From the NCBI RefSeq assembly GCF_009914755.1, contig NC_060942.1: a DNA stretch of 64,000 nt; one strand, written 5' to 3'. Below, piece after piece: positions 23,815 through 37,100 of this stretch (its first letter is position 1; each line of letters begins with the position of its first letter). The translations under genes were made by a program, and so were the position numbers. A model generated the notes under the pieces. That model ran no database searches. It was not told the origin of the DNA and saw only the letters and a program-made list of their open reading frames with translations. This DNA is from the human T2T-CHM13v2.0 reference genome, Homo sapiens.

Positions 23815-26800
23815 AGGCCTATGGTGAACAAGGAAATATCTTCCCATGCAAACTAGACAGAAGCATTCGCAGAAACTTGTTTGTGATGTGTGTCCTCAAC
23901 TCACAGAGTTGAACATTTCGTTTGACAGAGCAGTTTGGAAACACGATTTTTGTAGAATCTGCAAGTGGATATTTGGATGGCTTTGTGGATTTCGTTGGAA
24001 ACGGGAGTATCTTCATAGAAAACCTAGACAGTAACATTCTCAGAAACGGCTTTGTGATATCCGCATTCACGTCACAGAGTTGAACATTCCCTTTCATAGA
24101 GCAGGTTTGAAACACCCTTTCTGAAGTATCTGGATGTGGGCACTTGGAGCTCTTGGACGCTTATGGTGAAAAAGGAAATATCGTCCCATAAAACCTAGAC
24201 AGAAGCATTCTCACAAACTGCTTTGTGACGTATGTCGTCAGCTAACAGAGTTGAGAATTTCTATTCACAGAGCAGTTTTGAAAGACTCTTTTGGAGTATC
24301 TGCTAGTGGATATGTGGAGAGCTTTAAGGATTTCACTGGAAACCGGAATATCTTCAGGTAAAATCTAGACAGAGGCATTCTCAGAAACTTCTTTGTAATG
24401 TGTGTCCTCAACTAACAGTGTACAACCTATCTTTTGATACAGCACGTTGGAAACACTCTTTTTATAGAATCTGCAAGTGGATATTTGGATAGCTCTAATG
24501 ATTTCGTTGGAAACGGGAATCCCTTCATATAAAATCTAGACAGTGGCACTCGCAGAAACTGCTTTGTGATATCTGCATTCAAGCCACAGAGTTGAACATT
24601 TCCCTTCCTAAAGCAGGTTTGAAACACTCTTTCTGTCGTATCTGGAAGTGGACATTTGGAGCACTTTGACGCCTTTGGTGAAAAAGGAAATTTCTTCCCA
24701 TCAAAACTAGACAGAAGCATTCTAAGAAACATTTTTGGGATATATGTACTCAACTAACAGAGTTGAACCTTTCTCTTTACAGATCAGTTTTGGAAAGCTC
24801 TTTATGTGGAATCTGCAGATGGATATTCGGATAGCTCTGAGGATTTCGTTGGAGACGGGAATACATAAAGAAAGTAGACAGCAGCATTCTCGGGAGATTC
24901 TTTGTGATGTTTGCTTTTCAGTCACAGAGTTGAATATTCCCTTCAATAGAGCAGGTTTGAAACACTCTTTCTGTAGTATCTGGAAGTGGCCATTTCGATC
25001 GATTTCAGGCGTATGTTGAAAAAGGAAATATCTTAACATAAAAACTAGACAGAAGCATTCTCAGAAACGTCTTTGTGATGTGTGTCCTCAACTAACAGAG
25101 TTCAACATTTCTTATGATACAGCAGTTGGGAAACACTCTTTTTATAGAATTTGCAAGTTGATACATGGATAGCCCTAACTATTTCGTTGGAAACGGGAAT
25201 ATCTTCACATAAAACCTAGACAGAAGCACTCTCAGAAACTACTTTGTGATATCTGCATTGATATCAGAGAGTTGAATATTCCCTTTCTAAGGGCAGGCTT
25301 GAAAGCGTCTTTTCGTGGAATCTGCAGGAGGATATTTGGATAGCTTTGAGGGTTACGTTGGAAACGGGATTACATGTACAAAGCAGACAGCAGCATTCTC
25401 AGAAGCTTCTTTATGATGTTTGCGTTCAAGTCACAGAGTTGAACGTTCCCTTTCATAGAGCAGGTTTCAAACCCTCTTTCTGCAGTATCTGGAAGTGGAC
25501 ATTTCGAGCGCTTTCAGGCCTATGGTGAACAAGGAAATATCTTCCCATGCAAACTAGACAGAAGCATTCGCAGAAACTTGTTTGTGATGTGTGTCCTCAA
25601 CTCACAGAGTTGAACATTTCGTTTGACAGAGCAGTTTGGAAACACGATTTTTGTAGAATCTGCAAGTGGATATTTGGATGGCTTTGTGGATTTCGTTGGA
25701 AACGGGAGTATCTTCATAGAAAACCGAGACAGTAACATTCTCAGAAACGGCTTTGTGATATCCGCATTCACGTCACAGAGTTGAACATTCCCTTTCATAG
25801 AGCAGGTTTGAAACACCCTTTCTGAAGTATCTGGATGTGGGCACTTGGAGCTCTTGGACGCTTATGGTGAAAAAGGAAATATCGTCCCATAAAACCTAGA
25901 CAGAAGCATTCTCACAAACTGCTTTGTGACGTATGTCGTCAGCTAAGAGAGTTGAGCATTTCTATTCACAGAGCAGTTTTGAAAGACTCTTTTGGAGTAT
26001 CTGCTAGTGGATATGTGGAGAGCTTTAAGGATTTCACTGGAAACCGGAATATCTTCAGGTAAAATCTAGACAGAGGCATTCTCAGAAACTTCTTTGTAAT
26101 GTGTGTCCTCAACTAACAGTGTACAACCTATCTTTTGATACAGCACGTTGGAAACACTCTTTTTATAGAATCTGCAAGTGGATATTTGGATAGCTCTAAT
26201 GATTTCGTTGGAAACGGGAATCCCTTCATATAAAATCTAGACAGTGGCACTCGCAGAAACTGCTTTGTGATATCTGCATTCAAGCCACAGAGTTGAACAT
26301 TTCCCTTCCTAAAGCAGGTTTGAAACACTCTTTCTGTCGTATCTGGAAGTGGACATTTGGAGCACTTTGACGCCTTTGGTGAAAAAGGAAATGTCTTCCC
26401 ATCAAAACTAGACAGAAGCATTCTAAGAAACATTTTTGGGATATATGTACTCAACTAACAGAGTTGAACCTTTCTCTTTATAGATCAGTTTTGGAAAGCT
26501 CTTTATGTGGAATCTGCAGATGGATATTCGGATAGCTCTGAGGATTTCGTTGGAGACGGGAATACATAAAGAAAGTAGACAGCAGCATTCTCGGGAGATT
26601 CTTTGTGATGTTTGCTTTTCAGTCACAGAGTTGAATATTCCCTTCAATAGAGCAGGTTTGAAACACTCTTTCTGTAGTATCTGGAAGTGGCCATTTCGAT
26701 CGATTTCAGGCCTATGTTGAAAAAGGAAATATCTTAACATAAAAACTAGACAGAAGCATTCTCAGAAACGTCTTTGTGATGTGTGTCCTCAACTAACAGA

Positions 26801-29800
26801 GTTCAACCTTTCTTATGATACAGCAGTTGGGAAACACTCTTTTTATAGAATTTGCAAGTTGATACATGGATAGCCCTAACTATTTTGTTGGAAACGGGAA
26901 TATCTTCACATAAAACCTAGACAGAAGCACTCTCAGAAACTACTTTGTGATATCTGCATTGATATCAGAGAGTTGAATATTCCCTTTCTAAGGGCAGGCT
27001 TGAAAGCGTCTTTTCCTGGAATCTGCAGGAGGATATTTGGATAGCTTTGAGGGTTACGTTGGAAACGGGATTACATGTACAAAGCAGACAGCAGCATTCT
27101 CAGAAGCTTCTTTATGATGTTTGCGTTCAAGTCACAGAGTTGAACGTTCCCTTTCATAGAGCAGGTTTCAAACCCTCTTTCTGCAGTATCTGGAAGTGGA
27201 CATTTCGAGCGCTTTCAGGCCTATGGTGAACAAGGAAATATCTTCCCATGCAAACTAGACAGAAGCATTCGCAGAAACTTGTTTGTGATGTGTGTCCTCA
27301 ACTCACAGAGTTGAACATTTCGTTTGACAGAGCAGTTTGGAAACACGATTTTTGTAGAATCTGCAAGTGGATATTTGGATGGCTTTGTGGATTTCGTTGG
27401 AAACGGGAGTATCTTCATAGAAAACCTAGACAGTAACATTCTCAGAAACGGCTTTGTGATATCCGCATTCACGTCACAGAGTTGAACATTCCCTTTCATA
27501 GAGCAGGTTTGAAACACCCTTTCTGAAGTATCTGGATGTGGGCACTTGCAGCTCTTGGACGCTTATGGTGAAAAAGGAAATATCGTCCCATAAAACCTAG
27601 ACAGAAGCATTCTCACAAACTGCTTTGTGACGTATGTCGTCAGCTAACAGAGTTGAGCATTTCTATTCACAGAGCAGTTTTGAAAGACTCTTTTGGAGTA
27701 TCTGCTAGTGGATATGTGGAGAGCTTTAAGGATTTCACTGGAAACCGGAATATCTTCAGGTAAAATCTAGACAGAGGCATTCTCAGAAACTTCTTTGTAA
27801 TGTGTGTCCTCAACTAACAGTGTACAACCTATCTTTTGATACAGCACGTTGGAAACACTCTTTTTATAGAATCTGCAAGTGGATATTTGGATAGCTCTAA
27901 TGATTTCGTTGGAAACGGGAATCCCTTCATATAAAATCTAGACAGTGGCACTCGCAGAAACTGCTTTGTGATATCTGCATTCAAACCACAGAGTTGAACA
28001 TTTCCCTTCCTAAAGCAGGTTTGAAACACTCTTTCTGTCGTATCTGGAAGTGGACATTTGGAGCACTTTGACGCCTTTGGTGAAAAAGGAAATGTCTTCC
28101 CATCAAAACTAGACAGAAGCATTCTAAGAAACATTTTTGGGATATATGTACTCAACTAACAGAGTTGAACCTTTCTCTTTATAGATCAGTTTTGGAAAGC
28201 TCTTTATGTGGAATCTGCAGGTGGATATTCGGATAGCTCTGAGGATTTCGTTGGAGACGGGAATACATAAAGAAAGTAGACAGCAGCATTCTCGGGAGAT
28301 TCTTTGTGATGTTTGCTTTTCAGTCACAGAGTTGAATATTCCCTTCAATAGAGCAGGTTTGAAACACTCTTTCTGTAGTATCTGGAAGTGGCCATTTCGA
28401 TCGATTTCAGGCCTATGTTGAAAAAGGAAATATCTTAACATAAAAACTAGACAGAAGCATTCTCAGAAACGTCTTTGTGATGTGTGTCCTCAACTAACAG
28501 AGTTCAACCTTTCTTATGATACAGCAGTTGGGAAACACTCTTTTTATAGAATTTGCAAGTTGATACATGGATAGCCCTAACTATTTTGTTGGAAACGGGA
28601 ATATCTTCACATAAAACCTAGACAGAAGCACTCTCAGAAACTACTTTGTGATATCTGCATTGATATCAGAGAGTTGAATATTCCCTTTCTAAGGGCAGGC
28701 ATGAAAGCGTCTTTTCGTGGAATCTGCAGGAGGATATTTGGATAGCTTTGAGGGTTACGTTGGAAACGGGATTACATGTACAAAGCAGACAGCAGCATTC
28801 TCAGAAGCTTCTTTATGATGTTTGCGTTCAAGTCACAGAGTTGAACGTTCCCTTTCATAGAGCAGGTTTCAAACCCTCTTTCTGCAGTATCTGGAAGTGG
28901 ACATTTCGAGCGCTTTCAGGCCTATGGTGAACAAGGAAATATCTTCCCATGCAAACTAGACAGAAGCATTCCCAGAAACTTGTTTGTGATGTGTGTCCTC
29001 AACTCACAGAGTTGAACATTTCGTTTGACAGAGCAGTTTGGAAACACGATTTTTGTAGAATCTGCAAGTGGATATTTGGATGGCTTTGTGGATTTCGTTG
29101 GAAACGGGAGTATCTTCATAGAAAACCTAGACAGTAACATTCTCAGAAACGGCTTTGTGATATCCGCATTCACGTCACAGAGTTGAACATTCCCTTTCAT
29201 AGAGCAGGTTTGAAACACCCTTTCTGAAGTATCTGGATGTGGGCACTTGGAGCTCTTGGACGCTTATGGTGAAAAAGGAAATATCGTCCCATAAAACCTA
29301 GACAGAAGCATTCTCACAAACTGCTTTGTGACGTATGTCGTCAGCTAACAGAGTTGAGCATTTCTATTCACAGAGCAGTTTTGAAAGACTCTTTTGGAGT
29401 ATCTGCTAGTGGATATGTGGAGAGCTTTAAGGATTTCACCGGAAACCGGAATATCTTCAGGTAAAATCTAGACAGAGGCATTCTCAGAAACTTCTTTGTA
29501 ATGTGTGTCCTCAACTAACAGTGTACAACCTATCTTTTGATACAGCACGTTGGAAACACTCTTTTTATAGAATCTGCAAGTGGATATTTGGATAGCTCTA
29601 ACGATTTCGTTGGAAACGGGAATCCCTTCATATAAAATCTAGACAGTGGCACTCGCAGAAACTGCTTTGTGATATCTGCATTCAAGCCACAGAGTTGAAC
29701 ATTTCCCTTCCTAAAGCAGGTTTGAAACACTCTTTCTGTCGTATCTGGAAGTGGACATTTGGAGCACTTTGACGCCTTTGGTGAAAAAGGAAATGTCTTC

Positions 29801-32800
29801 CCATCAAAACTAGACAGAAGCATTCTAAGAAACATTTTTGGGATATATGTACTCAACTAACAGAGTTGAACCTTTCTCTTTACAGATCAGTTTTGGAAAG
29901 CTCTTTATGTGGAATCTGCAGATGGATATTCGGATAGCTCTGAGGATTTCGTTGGAGACGGGAATACATAAAGAAAGTAGACAGCAGCATTCTCGGGAGA
30001 TTCTTTGTGATGTTTGCTTTTCAGTCACAGAGTTGAATATTCCCTTCAATAGAGCAGGTTTGAAACACTCTTTCTGTAGTATCTGGAAGTGGCCATTTCG
30101 ATCGATTTCAGGCCTATGTTGAAAAAGGAAATATCTTAACATAAAAACTAGACAGAAGCATTCTCAGAAACGTCTTTGTGATGTGTGTCCTCAACTAACA
30201 GAGTTCAACCTTTCTTATGATACAGCAGTTGGGAAACACTCTTTTTATAGAATTTGCAAGTTGATACATGGATAGCCCTAACTATTTTGTTGGAAACGGG
30301 AATATCTTCACATAAAACCTAGACAGAAGCACTCTCAGAAACTACTTTGTGATATCTGCATTGATATCAGAGAGTTGAATATTCCCTTTCTAAGGGCAGG
30401 CTTGAAAGCGTCTTTTCCTGGAATCTGCAGGAGGATATTTGGATAGCTTTGAGGGTTACGTTGGAAACGGGATTACATGTACAAAGCAGACAGCAGCATT
30501 CTCAGAAGCTTCTTTATGATGTTTGCGTTCAAGTCACAGAGTTGAACGTTCCCTTTCATAGAGCAGGTTTCAAACCCTCTTTCTGCAGTATCTGGAAGTG
30601 GACATTTCGAGCGCTTTCAGGCCTATGGTGAACAAGGAAATATCTTCAGATGCAAACTAGACAGAAGCATTCCCAGAAACTTGTTTGTGATGTGTGTCCT
30701 CAACTCACAGAGTTGAACATTTCGTTTGACAGAGCAGTTTGGAAACACGATTTTTGTAGAATCTGCAAGTGGATATTTGGATGGCTTTGTGGATTTCGTT
30801 GGAAACGGGAGTATCTTCATAGAAAACCTAGACAGTAACATTCTCAGAAACGGCTTTGTGATATCCGCATTCACGTCACAGAGTTGAACATTCCCTTTCA
30901 TAGAGCAGGTTTGAAACACCCTTTCTGAAGTATCTGGATGTGGGCACTTGGAGCTCTTGGACGCTTATGGTGAAAAAGGAAATATCGTCCCATAAAACCT
31001 AGACAGAAGCATTCTCACAAACTGCTTTGTGACGTATGTCGTCAGCTAACAGAGTTGAGCATTTCTATTCACAGAGCAGTTTTGAAAGACTCTTTTGGAG
31101 TATCTGCTAGTGGATATGTGGAGAGCTTTAAGGATTTCACTGGAAACCGGAATATCTTCAGGTAAAATCTAGACAGAGGCATTCTCAGAAACTTCTTTGT
31201 AATGTGTGTCCTCAACTAACAGTGTACAACCTATCTTTTGATACAGCACGTTGGAAACACTCTTTTTATAGAATCTGCAAGTGGATATTTGGATAGCTCT
31301 AACGATTTCGTTGGAAACGGGAATACCTTCATATAAAATCTAGACAGTGGCACTCGCAGAAACTGCTTTGTGATATCTGCATTCAAGCCACAGAGTTGAA
31401 CATTTCCCTTCCTAAAGCAGGTTTGAAACACTCTTTCTGTCGTATCTGGAAGTGGACATTTGGAGCACTTTGACGCCTTTGGTGAAAAAGGAAATGTCTT
31501 CCCATCAAAACTAGACAGAAGCATTCTAAGAAACATTTTTGGGATATATGTACTCAAGTAACAGAGTTGAACCTTTCTCTTTACAGATCAGTTTTGGAAA
31601 GCTCTTTATGTGGAATCTGCAGATGGATATTCGGATAGCTCTGAGGATTTCGTTGGAGACGGGAATACATAAAGAAAATAGACAGCAGCATTCTCGGGAG
31701 ATTCTTTGTGATGTTTGCTTTTCAGTCACAGAGTTGAATATTCCCTTCAATAGAGCAGGTTTGAAACACTCTTTCTGTAGTATCTGGAAGTGGCCATTTC
31801 GATCGATTTCAGGCCTATGTTGAAAAAGGAAATATCTTAACATAAAAACTAGACAGAAGCATTCTCAGAAACGTCTTTGTGATGTGTGTCCTCAACTAAC
31901 AGAGTTCAACCTTTCTTATGATACAGCAGTTGGGAAACACTCTTTTTATAGAATTTGCAAGTTGATACATGGATAGCCCTAACTATTTTGTTGGAAACGG
32001 GAATATCTTCACATAAAACCTAGACAGAAGCACTCTCAGAAACTACTTTGTGATATCTGCATTGATATCAGAGAGTTGAATATTCCCTTTCTAAGGGCAG
32101 GCTTGAAAGCGTCTTTTCCTGGAATCTGCAGGAGGATATTTGGATAGCTTTGAGGGTTACGTTGGAAACGGGATTACATGTACAAAGCAGACAGCAGCAT
32201 TCTCAGAAGCTTCTTTATGATGTTTGCGTTCAAGTCACAGAGTTGAACGTTCCCTTTCATAGAGCAGGTTTCAAACCCTCTTTCTGCAGTATCTGGAAGT
32301 GGACATTTCGAGCGCTTTCAGGCCTATGGTGAACAAGGAAATATCTTCAGATGCAAACTAGACAGAAGCATTCCCAGAAACTTGTTTGTGATGTGTGTCC
32401 TCAACTCACAGAGTTGAACATTTCGTTTGACAGAGCAGTTTGGAAACACGATTTTTGTAGAATCTGCAAGTGGATATTTGGATGGCTTTGTGGATTTCGT
32501 TGGAAACGGGAGTATCTTCATAGAAAACCTAGACAGTAACATTCTCAGAAACGGCTTTGTGATATCCGCATTCACGTCACAGAGTTGAACATTCCCTTTC
32601 ATAGAGCAGGTTTGAAACACCCTTTCTGAAGTATCTGGATGTGGGCACTTGGAGCTCTTGGACGCTTATGGTGAAAAAGGAAATATCGTCCCATAAAACC
32701 TAGACAGAAGCATTCTCACAAACTGCTTTGTGACGTATGTCGTCAGCTAACAGAGTTGAGCATTTCTATTCACAGAGCAGTTTTGAAAGACTCTTTTGGA

Positions 32801-33699
32801 GTATCTGCTAGTGGATATGTGGAGAGCTTTAAGGATTTCACTGGAAACCGGAATATCTTCAGGTAAAATCTAGACAGAGGCATTCTCAGAAACTTCTTTG
32901 TAATGTGTGTCCTCAACTAACAGTGTACAACCTATCTTTTGATACAGCACGTTGGAAACACTCTTTTTATAGAATCTGCAAGTGGATATTTGGATAGCTC
33001 TAATGATTTCGTTGGAAACGGGAATCCCTTCATATAAAATCTAGACAGTGGCACTCGCAGAAACTGCTTTGTGATATCTGCATTCAAGCCACAGAGTTGA
33101 ACATTTCCCTTCCTAAAGCAGGTTTGAAACACTCTTTCTGTCGTATCTGGAAGTGGACATTTGGAGCACTTTGACGCCTTTGGTGAAAAAGGAAATGTCT
33201 TCCCATCAAAACTAGACAGAAGCATTCTAAGAAACATTTTTGGGATATATGTACTCAACTAACAGAGTTGAACCTTTCTCTTTACAGATCAGTTTTGGAA
33301 AGCTCTTTATGTGGAATCTGCAGATGGATATTCGGATAGCTCTGAGGATTTCGTTGGAGACGGGAATACATAAAGAAAGTAGACAGCAGCATTCTCGGGA
33401 GATTCTTTGTGATGTTTGCTTTTCAGTCACAGAGTTGAATATTCCCTTCAATAGAGCAGGTTTGAAACACTCTTTCTGTAGTATCTGGAAGTGGCCATTT
33501 CGATCGATTTCAGGCCTATGTTGAAAAAGGAAATATCTTAACATAAAAACTAGACAGAAGCATTCTCAGAAACGTCTTTGTGATGTGTGTCCTCAACTAA
33601 CAGAGTTCAACCTTTCTTATGATACAGCAGTTGGGAAACACTCTTTTTATAGAATTTGCAAGTTGATACATGGATAGCCCTAACTATTTTGTTGGAAAC

Positions 33700-36600
33700 G
33701 GGAATATCTTCACATAAAACCTAGACAGAAGCACTCTCAGAAACTACTTTGTGATATCTGCATTGATATCAGAGAGTTGAATATTCCCTTTCTAAAGGCA
33801 GGCTTGAAAGCGTCTTTTCGTGGAATCTGCAGGAGGATATTTGGATAGCTTTGAGGGTTACGTTGGAAACGGGATTACATGTACAAAGCAGACAGCAGCA
33901 TTCTCAGAAGCTTCTTTATGATGTTTGCGTTCAAGTCACAGAGTTGAACGTTCCCTTTCATAGAGCAGGTTTCAAACCCTCTTTCTGCAGTATCTGGAAG
34001 TGGACATTTCGAGCGCTTTCAGGCCTATGGTGAACAAGGAAATATCTTCCCATGCAAACTAGACAGAAGCATTCGCAGAAACTTGTTTGTGATGTGTGTC
34101 CTCAACTCACAGAGTTGAACATTTCGTTTGACAGAGCAGATTGGAAACACGATTTTTGTAGAATCTGCAAGTGGATATTTGGATGGCTTTGTGGATTTCG
34201 TTGGAAACGGGAGTATCTTCATAGAAAACCTAGACAGTAACATTCTCAGAAACGGCTTTGTGATATCCGCATTCACGTCACAGAGTTGAACATTCCCTTT
34301 CATAGAGCAGGTTTGAAACACCCTTTCTGAAGTATCTGGATGTGGGCACTTGGAGCTCTTGGACGCTTATGGTGAAAAAGGAAATATCGTCCCATAAAAC
34401 CTAGACAGAAGCATTCTCACAAACTGCTTTGTGACGTATGTCGTCAGCTAACAGAGTTGAGCATTTCTATTCACAGAGCAGTTTTGAAAGACTCTTTTGG
34501 AGTATCTGCTAGTGGATATGTGGAGAGCTTTAAGGATTTCACCGGAAACCGGAATATCTTCAGGTAAAATCTAGACACAGGCATTCTCAGAAACTTCTTT
34601 GTAATGTGTGTCCTCAACTAACAGTGTACAACCTATCTTTTGATACAGCACGTTGGAAACACTCTTTTTATAGAATCTGCAAGTGGATATTTGGATAGCT
34701 CTAACGATTTCGTTGGAAACGGGAATCCCTTCATATAAAATCTAGACAGTGGCACTCGCAGAAACTGCTTTGTGATATCTGCATTCAAGCCACAGAGTTG
34801 AACATTTCCCTTCCTAAAGCAGGTTTGAAACACTCTTTCTGTCGTATCTGGAAGTGGACATTTGGAGCACTTTGACGCCTTTGGTGAAAAAGGAAATGTC
34901 TTCCCATCAAAACTAGACAGAAGCATTCTAAGAAACATTTTTGGGATATATGTACTCAACTAACAGAGTTGAACGTTTCTCTTTATAGATCAGTTTTGGA
35001 AAGCTCTTTATGTGGAATCTGCAGATGGATATTCGGATAGCTCTGAGGATTTCGTGGGAGACGGGAATATATAAAGAAAGTAGACAGCAGCATTCTCAGG
35101 AGATTCTTTGTGATGTTTGCTTTGAAGTCACAGAGTTGAATATTCCCTTCAATAGAGCAGGTTTGAAACACTCTTTCCGTAGTATCTGGAATTGGACATT
35201 TCGATCGATTTCAGGCCTATGTTGAAAAAGGAAATATCTTAACATAAAAACTAGACAGAAGCATTCTCAGAAACGTCTTTGTGATGTGTGTCCTCAACTA
35301 ACAGAGTTCAACCTTTCTTATGATACAGCAGTTGGGAAACACTCTTTTTATAGAATTTGCAAGTTGATACATGGATAACCCTAACTATTTCGTTGGAAAC
35401 GGGAATATCTTCACATAAAACCTAGACAGAAGCACTCTCAGAAACTACTTTGTGATATCTGCATTGATATCAGAGAGTTGAATATTCCCTTTCTAAAGGC
35501 AGGCTTGAAAGCGTCTTTTCGTGGAATCTGCAGGAGGATATTTGGATAGCTTTGAGGGTTACGTTGGAAACGGGATTACATGTACAAAGCAGACAGCAGC
35601 ATTCTCAGAAGCTTCTTTATGATGTTTGCGTTCAAGTCACAGAGTTGAACGTTCCCTTTCATAGAGCAGGTTTCAAACCCTCTTTCTGCAGTATCTGGAA
35701 GTGGACATTTCGAGCGCTTTCAGGCCTATGGTGAACAAGGAAATATCTTCCCATGCAAACTAGACAGAAGCATTCGCAGAAACTTGTTTGTGATGTGTGT
35801 CCTCAACTCACAGAGTTGAACATTTCGTTTGACAGAGCAGATTGGAAACACGATTTTTGTAGAATCTGCAAGTGGATATTTGGATGGCTTTGTGGATTTC
35901 GTTGGAAACGGGAGTATCTTCATAGAAAACCTAGACAGTAACATTCTCAGAAACGGCTTTGTGATATCCGCATTCACGTCACAGAGTTGAACATTCCCTT
36001 TCATAGAGCAGGTTTGAAACACCCTTTCTGAAGTATCTGGATGTGGGCACTTGGAGCTCTTGGACGCTTATGGTGAAAAAGGAAATATCGTCCCATAAAA
36101 CCTAGACAGAAGCATTCTCACAAACTGCTTTGTGACGTATGTCGTCAGCTAACAGAGTTGAGCATTTCTATTCACAGAGCAGTTTTGAAAGACTCTTTTG
36201 GAGTATCTGCTAGTGGATATGTGGAGAGCTTTAAGGATTTCACCGGAAACCGGAATATCTTCAGGTAAAATCTAGACACAGGCATTCTCAGAAACTTCTT
36301 TGTAATGTGTGTCCTCAACTAACAGTGTACAACCTATCTTTTGATACAGCACGTTGGAAACACTCTTTTTATAGAATCTGCAAGTGGATATTTGGATAGC
36401 TCTAACGATTTCGTTGGAAACGGGAATCCCTTCATATAAAATCTAGACAGTGGCACTCGCAGAAACTGCTTTGTGATATCTGCATTCAAGCCACAGAGTT
36501 GAACATTTCCCTTCCTAAAGCAGGTTTGAAACACTCTTTCTGTCGTATCTGGAAGTGGACATTTGGAGCACTTTGACGCCTTTGGTGAAAAAGGAAATGT

Positions 36601-37100
36601 CTTCCCATCAAAACTAGACAGAAGCATTCTAAGAAACATTTTTGGGATATATGTACTCAACTAACAGAGTTGAACGTTTCTCTTTATAGATCAGTTTTGG
36701 AAAGCTCTTTATGTGGAATCTGCAGATGGATATTCGGATAGCTCTGAGGATTTCGTGGGAGACGGGAATATATAAAGAAAGTAGACAGCAGCATTCTCAG
36801 GAGATTCTTTGTGATGTTTGCTTTGAAGTCACAGAGTTGAATATTCCCTTCAATAGAGCAGGTTTGAAACACTCTTTCCGTAGTATCTGGAATTGGACAT
36901 TTCGATCGATTTCAGGCCTATGTTGAAAAAGGAAATATCTTAACATAAAAACTAGACAGAAGCATTCTCAGAAACGTCTTTGTGATGTGTGTCCTCAACT
37001 AACAGAGTTCAACCTTTCTTATGATACAGCAGTTGGGAAACACTCTTTTTATAGAATTTGCAAGTTGATACATGGATAACCCTAACTATTTCGTTGGAAA
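33700..37100 (+). repeat. Single-HOR tandem duplication spanning a haplotype junction
   Basis: TCTAAAGGC, GAGCAGATTGG, CTAGACACAG and CACCGG recur at +1701. Confidence 0.85.

Noticed and set aside
35050-35066. m6 box variant TTTCGTGGGAGACGGGA (HOR21, 22, 24, 26) as a box loss
   Set aside because: The change lies at a non-core position; TTCG, the central A and CGGG are intact.
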